This document shows positions 1-12,033 of a stretch of DNA of 64,000 bases, piece by piece. Numbering within the stretch: position 1 is the first letter of the stretch; every line of letters begins with the position of its first letter. The translations under genes were made by a program, and so were the position numbers. The DNA is taken from the NCBI GenBank assembly GCA_964188305.1, contig OZ076893.1; one strand, 5' to 3'. The notes under the pieces are model-generated. The model did not search any database, was not told the DNA's origin, and worked only from the letters and a program-made list of their open reading frames with translations. The stretch is from Podarcis bocagei (Eukaryota).

Positions 1-629
1 GGAATAGACATTTCTGAGTATTTTATACCAGTTAATCCTACTTAGTATCTTGAGATGAATGGGAAGGGCAGGCTGGTGCAGAGAGAGTAACATTTTGAGG
101 CTAATAATCTATAATCCAGTATTTTATGAAGTAATGGAACGTCACTTTCAGAAAGTTGGGTAATTCTTCTCAAGAGTAGCATGCCCTTCTCTGCCTCCAA
201 GCCATGGTAGTATTGCATTTCCCGAGTGTGCTTTTGATATTTGTTTCATAAGAGGCTTCAAATTTCCATTGTGTGAGCAGATTATCACTGACCAAAGAGA
301 AAGACAGAAAACCCAAAGGGTTTCTATTTTCTATTTGACCTGGGTGGGACGGAACATGAGTTGCACTGTTTCTTCAGCAAATATAGGTAGTGCTCTTCCT
401 CCCTGTAACGGATGTGGTGTATGCATATTATACATGGTTTAATATAGGGGAGTGGACAAAATCTCCTCCCAGTAATCTTGTGCTACCATAATTGCTGCAG
501 AAGCTGCTGAATATAGTACATTCAATTAAAATTCAGAGCTGGGTTTTTTTCTAAGAGTACAGGAACAAAGGAAAACACTGAAAACTGATTAAGACTTGTT
601 TGTGTTAGTCTCAGACTTCCCGATGCAGT
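1..629 (-). other. OSBPL1A: OSBPL1A 3' UTR (may extend beyond the window); candidate ATTAAA at 438-443
   Basis: Lies downstream of the stop codon; only a variant polyA hexamer seen. Confidence 0.6.
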
Positions 630-732
630 TTAATAAATATCAGGCAAGCTGAAATAGTTTCTGTCCCAGTAGTTCCCAGAGTAAAGCCAGTCATGCCCAC
701 TGGTGTATGGATTCAGCCCTTGATGGAACCAC
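630..732 (-). CDS. OSBPL1A: Terminal coding exon 28, 103 nt, [33 protein letters not shown]
   Basis: ctccctccttttcag acceptor; TAA at 630-632. Confidence 0.97.
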
Positions 733-3700
733 CTGAAAAGGAGGGAGAAAGGTCACATGCTTTTGAACATAGTATCTATATTCCAGTCAATGTATGCTTG
801 AGCTGCCATATATATTCTAGAAACAATGGAAGTGCAATACAATTATCTTCCTCGCTATCTACTTGAGCCACTGTTTCCCCTGCTTACGTTTTGATCCAAC
901 CAAGAGAATGGGGAAAGTAATTATATTTATCACTGAGTGAGAAACACAATTAGGAGGCAACTGTTCTGTGGCCTCATTTCAGGGATGGGTCCAAGTATTT
1001 TGTTTGTTCCTTTAGGGGAGAGAGCTCTCAGCCAGAAGACTATAGTGGGCTGGCCAGCTTTCCTTCCTTCCTCTCAGCCTTCCTTTCCACTCCCATGCAC
1101 CTGCTCAGAGGGCGTGGAGACAAAAGGGTCATGTAAGGACACATGACAACGGATAATTATGTGATCCTGGAAGCTAGTCCTCCTTTTGCAGGTTAGTTAC
1201 ATGCCTATCAGTCCAGCTTTCAAAATTTAACAGCTAGCAAATTTAATTGAAGCAAGCACCCAAAACAGCCCTGGAAAGAGAGGCGAGCTTCAGTTTCTTA
1301 TCTCGCTGTGAAAAGGGTAAAAAAACAAAAAAACCCAACAGACACTAGTTTTTTTTAACAAACCAAAAAACAGAGGTGTTCATTATGAAAAAGAGAAGGT
1401 GACAGGAGGTAGGTAGCACTGTCGCTGCAACACTCTAGCCATCTTGCAATGGTCCTTCAATCAATGGCTCAGTTTAGTGTAGAAAGACAATACATAAGCC
1501 CCAGTTTATGAAGCCAAGAACAAGTGCTGGGACCAAGTGCTCCTCCCACCTCCTTGTGTGCTAGCCCTGCCATTTATTCCTGGCTTGTACTAAGGCACAG
1601 TTCTGCAGCTGGGACACAAGGGAGACTGGCATAATACAAGCCAAGAATGAAGCAATGCACATCAGGGGAGTTGCATGGCAGGACACTTCTTACAAGCTAG
1701 AAAAGACTGTCCAAACTGGTCCAATAAGCACGAGGGTGCTAGGAATAGGCAGAAGTGAGTACATACATACATACATACATACATACATACATACTGCAAA
1801 TAATCCAATATAAATTGTTGGGTACATTTACTATTCAACCGCACCTTGTGCAAACTGAGTTTATATGATCATTTTAACAGGGAAGAAAAGTCGACAGTGA
1901 GTTTTAACACTATTATCCCTCCTCTGGTGAAGAATTACTGTATATACAACCCCACATCCATGTTTTGAAGGTTAGGTTTTGATTGTACTTCACAAAATTT
2001 GACAAATTGGATGTATTAAAAAGAATTGACAGGTAAGGAGAGAATCATCATATGGAGATTAAAATTCTTTCCATGATGGTATAAACTCACCCTTAAACTA
2101 CCAAACAATCTTAAAAATTATGATACTGGAAAAGAATATATGCCTCTGCCTTTCCTTCCCAGGTACATCTTAAGAAACCCTGGACATTAACATTCAAGGT
2201 CTATTTAAATATTAAGCATCAAGTTTACCAGAACTTCTAAGAATAACACTCCCCCTCCCCAATAAATAAAAACCCAAAATCAGAATAGTCAATTTGGGTA
2301 AGTTGGAAAGCCGACAGAATTCTAATAAGAGGACCAAATTCATATTTCGAGTATCACTAATTTATAGGAACTGGAAACAATTTCAAGCCTTAAAATGCAA
2401 AGCCAAACATGTTAGGAAAGCAAGCAAAAAAAAGTATCAGAAAAGATCAAACCTGGGTCCCTGGGCCACTGGCTGACTTTTAAAAAGAGACAAAACATAA
2501 TGCAACTTACAGCAACAATAAGACATTTGAATGAGCAAACCATGAAGGAAAGTGTAGAGTCTAGTGCCTGTTGGCAGCTAGCTCATGCCCCCTACTTTGC
2601 ATAAGTATTTTTATGAAGGCAACATTTGGAAGTTTGTGTAAAAGCTATTATGCACAGACTGCTCAGTAGCGTCTGACCGAAGAATACACAATGACACTCC
2701 CAAGTCTGGAGCCAGAGGAAACTTTAAGAAGCTTCTAAAGTTTTAATTCCTAACGTACAGCTTAGTTTGTTCTCAGTATAGAGGTACTTGATTTCTAAAT
2801 AGAAACCATGTCTGGCAGCGACAGGACAAAAAGTATCTGAGAAAAGGTTCCTGATTATGAATATTCAAACTGGCAGCCGAACTTGGAGGAAAGTGTCACT
2901 TTCTCATTCTGTTTCCTTCAACTATGTTCCTGGGACTCAAAACCAGCATGAGGAAGTGTGCATGTTCCCCCTGAAAAGCTTGTACTGCAAGTACCTTGAA
3001 GGAGGGACCAAAGGCATCTGACTTTCTGTGGTTGCAGCAGAGCCTTTCCCAGTCTGCTGCCCTCCATAGATTGGGCTCCAACTCCAGTGTGGAGTCAGCC
3101 CCAACCAGGATGGGAATTTTCAAACCACAGCAAGACGCCTCCCAGAAGAATCTGCACTGCACATAACAGTTTTCACCAGAGTAGTAGGATACCCAGCATT
3201 ATGGCAAGTTATCACGGGGTGCAATTTCTAGCAATTCTCTGCATAATGTTTGTAACATATGGTAGGCATTTAGGAGCACTGAGCAATTCCATGTAAAAAT
3301 ACAACTTCTGTAGAAATAAATGCATAATTCAAAGTAAAGCATAATACAGCATGTTATCCGTCTGTCTCTTTACAAGGAGTTCACTGTGTTAATAGTATAA
3401 TATACAGGAGTCACGGTCCACCATTCACTCTGTTCACATTCTCTGTTCACAGTTAAAACATAGGACCGGAATTCTAAAATGGCATTTACTGTTTTTCTTT
3501 TTAAAAAACAATCTCACAATCTCCCTGCTAAAAATATAGAGTGGGGCAATGAAGAGGAATAATCCCAGCAACGGAGAAAAACACTTCCACTGGGAATCCA
3601 TTCTGTCCCTGTTCACACCAACGCACTTGGCTCTTTACCAGGGATAATAAAAGTAGCCCAGAACACAGTCAAGCATTCATGTCCCATTAAAATCAACAAT

Positions 3701-6700
3701 GTATCATTGTCCTAGCTACACACTGATTTTTAAAAAAAGACTTGCTTGTCCCAATTCTGATTTTTACTACGCACTGACCAATGCAGTAGAAAGTTTGCAT
3801 TTCTGAAACAGATATGATTTGATGCACTGCCCTATTCAGAGGCTGGAAGACCCTGTTGTTGCCTTCTGTGAGAAAGGTAAGGTCTGGGAGGTAGTTTGCC
3901 TCATTTAGAAAATTAGTACTTTGCCATGTGGCAGGCCTCGTTTCCCACAATGACTACTGATGTGCCTTAAAGCAGCTCGTATTGCAAAACCTTGCCTTTA
4001 TCTTGCATTAAACATGCAATTTCACAATTTATTTTTACAAGCCAGAAATCTTTGTCACTCGTAACTTCAGCTGTTTTATTTCAGAAGCAATTCATCCCAT
4101 CACATTCTTTGCACAATAGTCCAGGGTTATTTGGGTTCATTGACCTGTTTGCAAAGCAACTGAAACATCCTGCTGAATTTAATTATACTGAAGAAACAGC
4201 AACAGTACCTAAAACAATTAAACGGATTTTAAATATGGACATGAATTTGAACCAAGAATTGAATGTTTTCATAATTTGGGCTATCGAGCCTCTTAGCCTG
4301 CCTGATATATACAGTACTTTCTTCTTTTAGGAAAACTTTTTTCATCCTGGAGTTTCCAATGCAACTAGATGAACTTGTATTGAAGTGTTTTGATGTGTTT
4401 TCATCCCTACTTAGCAGTATTTAAATCTCCCAATTATGAGATTTCTGGCTGAACTATTTTTTTTTTTAAATACAGCCACTGGAGCAACTGAATATTTAAT
4501 ACATGATTACTTTGGTGTTCTACCATTATAAAGCACAAAATTGTATCACTTTTTAATATTGACACTATCTGTCCTATCAGTATAACATCTGTGTAAAAGG
4601 ACCAGAATGTGAGGTGTAAGTGGCAAAAATTTCAAATGAAACCTAATAAAAAGAACAACAGTTCAAAAAACATTTTAGAGTCATTTCTCCAGTTTTAGAA
4701 AGTGTTGCTTACTGGCAAATAATAATAAAAAAGGTATTTTAAAGTCCTATTTTGGGGGACTGAAATGGCTTCACAACCATTGTTATTTGTGAACATGCCC
4801 ACAATAAAGGTATGTGAATTTCTACCATTATGAAAGAAACACGCATGGAATATTAAATGTGGCAAAGAAACAGTCTATTTGGCATATTGCTGCATTCTGT
4901 ATTTAGCACCAAAATCACCTTGTATGGACTGTGTATACAAGAGAGTGAGCCTGCTTCCTTCAAGTTGGTATAATGTTGCATGTACTTCACAAGCACAATA
5001 ATCAAGTTCAATATGTTTTTACAATCAGAAGTTGTGGTTTAAATGCCTTTTTAAGAATGGGAGTGTAGGCTGCATTTCACAAGGTAACTTTACAGCCCTA
5101 TCATTCAACTTGCCCTGAGACACATTTCAAACCAACTTAAATTGCAAAGATTATAAAAAACCTTAACACTAGGCTGTCCATGTATGTATGTCCACACAGA
5201 TGCATGTATGTTCACAGGCAATGCATGTCTTTTACAATGAGGGAATGCAGACCTCATGTTTTCATGGAATATGGGTGGAAGTATTACATGAGGTATGCAT
5301 CTATTGGAGGCTCAAGTGGAAAAGCACACCGATGAGTGCCGAGACTTAAAAATTGCACAAAAACCACAAACCCACTCTGAGCTTGAAGCTACTTCACAAG
5401 TTCAAAATGCAGACTCGTTGCATTTATTGGATATGAATTCCAAATTTTAAACTTCAAGACAGAATTGTACCAAAATTCCATTTCATCAGACTTCTTCGCA
5501 ATTGTAATCCCACTCCTGTCCCAGAACCATTTAACTTGCTTGGGATACAACAGAGTATTCAACGGGAGAGTTTCCAAGTCTGCCTACCTTTAATGTTTTC
5601 AATCAAACACTGCTGGAGAGACACAGGAGGTCAAAAGTACCCTTCTTTCTAAATTCCCCTGGGACCAGCTACAAATTACTTCTGAGTCCCCACTGCTGGC
5701 CTAAAAATGCTAGGGATTTTCACAGACTCCAGTGTGTGGCTGTACTGGAAATAATTTGTTTACCTCGTTCATAAGTCTAATTCCAAGGGGCTACTGCTAA
5801 ACCTAAGCGCTTTTGAAAGCTTCAACACGGGCAAAAAATCTAGTGAGTAATGACTGAAAGGAACAGAAGTAAGTAGTTAAATCGCTGTTGTAAAATATAA
5901 GGCCTCTTTCGAAAATGATGGTGCAGTGAGTTTTCAGACTATGAGCAATTTGAAATGGCAAAGTACTGCAGCACATAAGCAGTGGACATGTGTAGTATTG
6001 CCAGGCACTCCCAAGTATGCAGACATTTAAAAAGAGAGTTAGAAAAAGCATTTGTAAACTATTAAATCAAGTGCTTTAGCCCCCAGTTTACTGACCTTGT
6101 CTTCCAGTCTTCCTCTGACTTTGACCTGTTTTTACGAGCAGCTCTTTGTTTTTCTTCAAGCCTCTTCTTTTCTTCACTTGCTACATCTACCAAGAGACAG
6201 ACAGAGAAAAGGCTGGATCCAACTGAAACCTACGGAAGAATACTCCCAATAGCTGGAATAGTGCTATGTCAGTGACGGGGGTAGAATTTTAATGCCGTTT
6301 TGGTTGGCACAACTAGAATCTTGAGGTTTTTGTGCAGTGGTGTGAACTGGTAGATCATTCAAACACCAGCTTCACTGTAATATTTCCCCTGCTCCCAAAT
6401 AATGGGACTAACTAAGAAATGATGTAAGATAACAGGCATGTAAGGTACATTAACTAAGGGCATGAGCAAACAGGACTTCACCTTCCTCTTATCCCCACCT
6501 ATAGCACCTCTCATGCCTTCAAGCTCTGCTTCAGGTGGTGTGTCCCCCCCAACCCCCCAGAGCAGATTTTGAGGGTGTACAAAAGGCTGCCACAGGGGAG
6601 GTGAAGTCATATTATGGGAGCAAAGCGATAGTGTTATGTACAGTGATAGTGTTAGATACAACCCTGACATTGCAGCATTTTCACATATTCTTTGCTTCTG

Positions 6701-9700
6701 TAAATTTACATTGGAAATCAACTGAAATTTGTTAATATATCGAGTTTGCATTTGTGTAAAGTAAAGTCTGAGTAATTTTGATGGTATTGTTACAAAATCA
6801 GAAACCAGCTCCTGATAAAAGTTGACACTGTGAGAAAGGACAAGCTGAAACTCATATTCATAAGGCATAAATTTTCATTTATATAAAATCAACGACAAAA
6901 CTGAGAACCATTGCACGAGGAGGAGCTGCCTTGCTAGCTGTAGAAGGGGAATGTCAGATGTAAATATTCTTAAAAAGTTAGCATCAGATTACTATTTATA
7001 TCACTAACAGGCATTCCTTTGCAAGGGACTCTGTAAAATTTGATTGCTAAAGCAAATCTATACATAAAAAGTATGTCCTATAAAATGAAGCATTTGGATA
7101 TATATTTTTTTAAAAAAATTCAGCTAGCCCTTTAAATTACCTATGTCACCATTTTCCATAGCTCTTATATCTGGCCTTAGCCTGCAGTCCGTTTTAGGAA
7201 TAACACTTTCCATTTCTTCATCCAATTCATTCAAAGCCATAGCAAAAGTAGTGAAGTTGTACATCTGAAAAACAACAAAGAGCTTTTTGAATGTTCTTTT
7301 ATTTTTATGAGCAAGTACCAGCTGTTAATGGGCTTATACATTCTCAGAGGAAGTATCCAACTGAGTTTCTCAAGGGATCAGTCTTGGGGCCTTTTATTCA
7401 ATGTTTTCATTACAGTGACCTTGGGGAAAGGAGTGTTCATGAAATGAACAGGTATCATCAAATTATCTAAGTGGCCTTTCAAACAGAAAACAGATGGGAT
7501 TTTGTGCAGGACGAACTAGAAGACTACAAGAACTGGAATGGGATCAATGGAAAAGGATCAGTGTCCACATAACAAAAAGTGTTAAGCTGCATGATGAAGG
7601 ACAGGTTTGTTTTATTTGCTCATCAATTGGAATAACAGGCAAGGGAATATTTCAGAACTTGGATCACCACAATATGATTATGGGGAGTATAGGCTCCAAT
7701 GTGATTGCAAACATTTACTAGTATTAAATGCTGAGAATGTAATGGTATATAAATAATAGGGGTAGGGATTAATTGAAGCTAATTGATATCCAACTCTCCA
7801 TGTTAAATAGATAGAATTCTAATTGGGCCTAAAGAGCAAAAAAAGAGGCAGACAAGTTTTTTGACAAGTATGCCACAAATCCAAGTATACAATATATATT
7901 CTGACATGCGCTGCGGTATATGTGTTGAGGAAGCAAGAGTCTAAAGTTTATATTCTGCCATAAAAGCTCTCAGGGAGGATCACAATACTCCAAAAAACAT
8001 TAAACTGGTACTGGAGGAGACTCGACAGTCCCATGGACTGCAAGAAGATCAAACCTATCCATTCTTAAGGAAATCAGCCCTGAGTGCTCACTGGAAGGAC
8101 AGATCCTGAAGCTGAGGCTCCAATACTTTGGCCACCTCATGAGAAGAGAAGACTCCCTGGAGTCTTCCTGATGTTGGGAAAGATTGAGGGCACAAGGAGA
8201 AGGAGACAACAGAGGACAAGATGGTTGGACAGTGTTCTTGAAGCTACCAGCATGAGTTTGACCAAACTGCGGGAGGCAGTGGAAGATAGGAGTGTCTGGC
8301 GTGCTCTGGTCCATGGGGTCATGAAGAGTTGGACACGACTAAACAACAACAGAAATCCCAAATTTATACAATGCTTTCCAAGAACAAAACTATAATTCTG
8401 CTAATACACATCCCTTGTGCTAGTGAAACAGGAGCACTGGATCCCGCCTTGTGTCTAGGTAGGAAGGGGGTAGCCTTGCTCATGTTTGCTATGGAAAGAG
8501 AAAAGGCTAACTAAACCTTAAGGGTAGGAAGGGGGTAGCCTTGCTCATGTTTGCTATGGAAAGAGAAAAGGCTAACTAAACCTTAAGGGTTTTATCAAAA
8601 GAATTCTACACTGATAAGAATAATCCTGTCTTTTACAAATGTTACACACAGTAATGGAGGTGCTAAGAGGTTGAGGAAACTACAGCGAGAGGATCAAATT
8701 TAACTGCCAGACACCTAATTGTAACCTGAATTTTGTTTTCCTGAAATGGAGGCACGAGCTGGTGCAAAGTTATCCATATTCTCTCCTCTCTTCACCTACA
8801 CACCCTTTAACCCAGGCAACATGAGATAGACCTCACTCTTACATATACAAAGAAATGCAAATCCATGCAGCACATGTGCATGAGACAGAGCAACACACTG
8901 ACAAAATGCAGTGTCTTGGTCAAGGTTACTCACCTGTGTTGAATTAGAAGGCCTTGGGGCTATCCTCCATAACAACACACTTCCAGGTATAACGCACACA
9001 CTTTCACAATCTGGCAACGGCATCTCATCTGGTTCATCAGAACTGCCCATCTATAAGAAGAAAGTAAAATGAAAAACAAGAACCTGCAAACTAGCTCTAG
9101 TAGTTAAAAGAGGCAGCAGAATTAGGCACACATGGAATATATATATATCATATATCTATATATATCATCTATATACAGTGGTACCTCGGGTTACATACGC
9201 TTCGGGTTACATACGCTTCAGGTTACAGACTTGGCTAACCCAGAAATAGTACTTTGCTTCAGGATGAGAACAGAAATCGGGCAGCAGCAGCGTGGCTGCA
9301 GCAGGAGGTGCCATTAGCTAAAGTGGTGCTTCAGGTTAAGAACAGTTTCAGGTTAAGAACGGACTACTGGAATGAATTAAGTACTGAACCCGAGGTACCA
9401 CTGTATATCTATATATATCTCCAACCTTTCAAAAAACAAATAAAGGTATTTACAGATACATGGTCAAAATGGAGACCATTTTGGACAACATGGGAGTTAA
9501 CATTTAATAATTCCCAAATACTCTGCACAAGGAGAGGGAGGGAGGGAGGGAGGGATCATTCTCAGACATGTCACTTGTTTGGACCACCCTGGAACATCCA
9601 TAGGCAATAAGGAATTCCATGTCAGCAGGTGAGTAAGATGGCGGATGAGGGATGGAGCAATCTGTCCCCTACTCTGCTTGCCCACTTTCTTTCTGTGCTG

Positions 9701-11981
9701 GATGGAGAAGGCAGTATGCGCTGCCCTCTGCAGCCAGCACAAAACCATGTTGGCTGGTGAAGGAGGAATGGAAAGAAGGCTTTGTTTCTTACTGATCTGC
9801 CTAATAAGCAGCTTAGCAGAATCACATTTCCTCTCCACAGGCTAGTAAGATACCTGGCCTTATATACAAGCCTGCATTAGAAAACGTATGCTTCGATGAA
9901 AAGGTGTTCTAGAAATACATGCTAGATTCGGAATAACCTAGTTTTTATTTTAGGATCTTGAGAAATGCAGCAAAACCAGCCTGCATATAGTATGCTACAC
10001 TAAGATGAATGTTGTCAAAAGGTTCATGTGGATACTTTTCAGCCCCATTAAGGCACAAGTGAGCCATCTGTGGGCCACATCCTACGTGCAACACCACAAG
10101 CTTGAGAGGAGAGAGAAAACATGTATCCTATCTACTTATTGCTTTGGTCAGTCCATTGCCCCATTATGCAGCCCCTCACTACCCCCCAAGGTAATGTGGT
10201 CCTTCATCCCAAAACTGATGCCTAGTCCTCCCTTAAATAGTGATGATTTCCCAAAATGCTCCCCAGGTAGTCTTGCCATCCAGGCATCAACAAGACCTGC
10301 TTAAATAAGTTAACGCTTCATGTGCTTTCCAACTACACCTAGTCCCAGTGGTGTGATAACTAACCAATCATGTAAATGACGGGGGCAAATATTAATTGTA
10401 TAGGTACTATGGATATACGACTGAATTATCTCTTGACCTGTCCTGCTTGCGAACGTTTTGCTGAGGGTTGGCAACAGAAAGCTGGACAAGAGGGTAACCT
10501 CTGGCCCTCCAGAAGTTGCTGGATTACAATTCCCGTCATCTCTGACCACTGGTCATTCTGGCTCTGACTGATGGGAATCGAATCCAACAACGTATGGAGG
10601 GCAGAAGGCTCTCCCCCACCCTTCCCCCGAGACAAACCTTTGATCTGATCAAGTCAATTCCTTGGTGTGTTTTTTTTATTTTAAAAAATTCCAGTTCGTA
10701 TGCAATTGGGGGCAAGGGAAATAAATGTGCAGACTGCCTGGGGGAAACTGTCTACATCTTTTATGTTTGAGTGTATGCAAATTTACAAAACCATAGATTG
10801 TTAAAAGGAAGAAATTGCCAGGAGCAAAGCTCTGTTTTGTTGTTTTCTTTTTCTCCCCTTCAACCATGCACGTCTCTTCCCTTTCCTGTTTCTTAATTGG
10901 CTTTTTAAACCTTCTTTACTGTTCTATGTCCTGTGCGCCAGCTTTATTGGATCTTAGTGTGAGATAAAGATTGTGGCCCAAGCCATTCAATTCTCCTTTT
11001 GAGCATGTGAAGCCAGAACTTTCTAGAAGGGACTTGGAAGTATCTCAGCTTCAAATCCTTACCATTAATAAATCTGCTATTATCCAATTCCATCTTCCTT
11101 GTAAATTCCACGTATCTACAAGCCAAAGCAAGGCTCCATATATTTAAGCATTCTGTATTTTGCACCACAGCAGCAGCCATCTTCTGCATAACCAGAGTTT
11201 GCTAGTAACACAAGAGGCATATACGAATGGTATGTTTTTCTTGTTTGCTCTTCCTGTCCCCCTGGGCCCTTCACAGGGCTGCCTCTCAAAGACTGCAGTA
11301 GGTCTCTAGAGCCTTTCCATACTCCTGATAATAAGTGAAGTAAGCTGCGTTACAGGTAGCAATTCATGTGAATCACTACTGGAACATTCTGAAATTATAA
11401 ACATTAAGCGTGTACCAGAATTGGTATCTCTCACATACAAACTAAGGGAAAGATCCAACCAAAATTAAACATGTGCTAAAATGTATCCCAACTTTAGTTG
11501 CAACAATCCCTATGTTTTGGTGAGTAAAAATTAGTTTATTTTCACCTTGAATAATTTGAAGGTCTTTAAAAAGGTATGAGCTCCTTCCATGGGGCTGATC
11601 AACCCAAGAGCAGGCGCCACAATTTGCAATTGTGTGTACAAAGCCACACACACCCCTTAGAAAAAGAGAGAGAATCCCACAAACTTTTCATGGCAGCCTA
11701 CCTTCCCCGCAATTTTATGTTGTCTGCAAAAATCAATCAAAGGAGAGGATACAACATCACCAATGTGATGAAGTTTAAAGAGCTTTTGTCTATTGAAAGC
11801 ATTTTTTATATACCTCTATAATTACAGGACTACAAGATGCTGCCATCTCCATAAAAACAAGAAATAGGTTTGCTTTGGACCATTAACCAAAGTTTAATCC
11901 ACCATAGGTTATGATGCCAGGAACATATGTCAGGCCTGAGAACTCCTCCCCTAAAGGAGTTTACAGTAAAGATTCTGACTT

Positions 11982-12033
<52 letters not shown>

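Noticed and set aside
1-6000. Possible plus-strand neighbouring or nested gene (CABYR/TTC39C side in human synteny, from memory)
   Set aside because: No plus-strand frame resembling these proteins was recognised; short ORFs here look random
6359-6868. 169-aa minus-strand ORF in intron 26
   Set aside because: No recognisable homology; the CDS is complete without it
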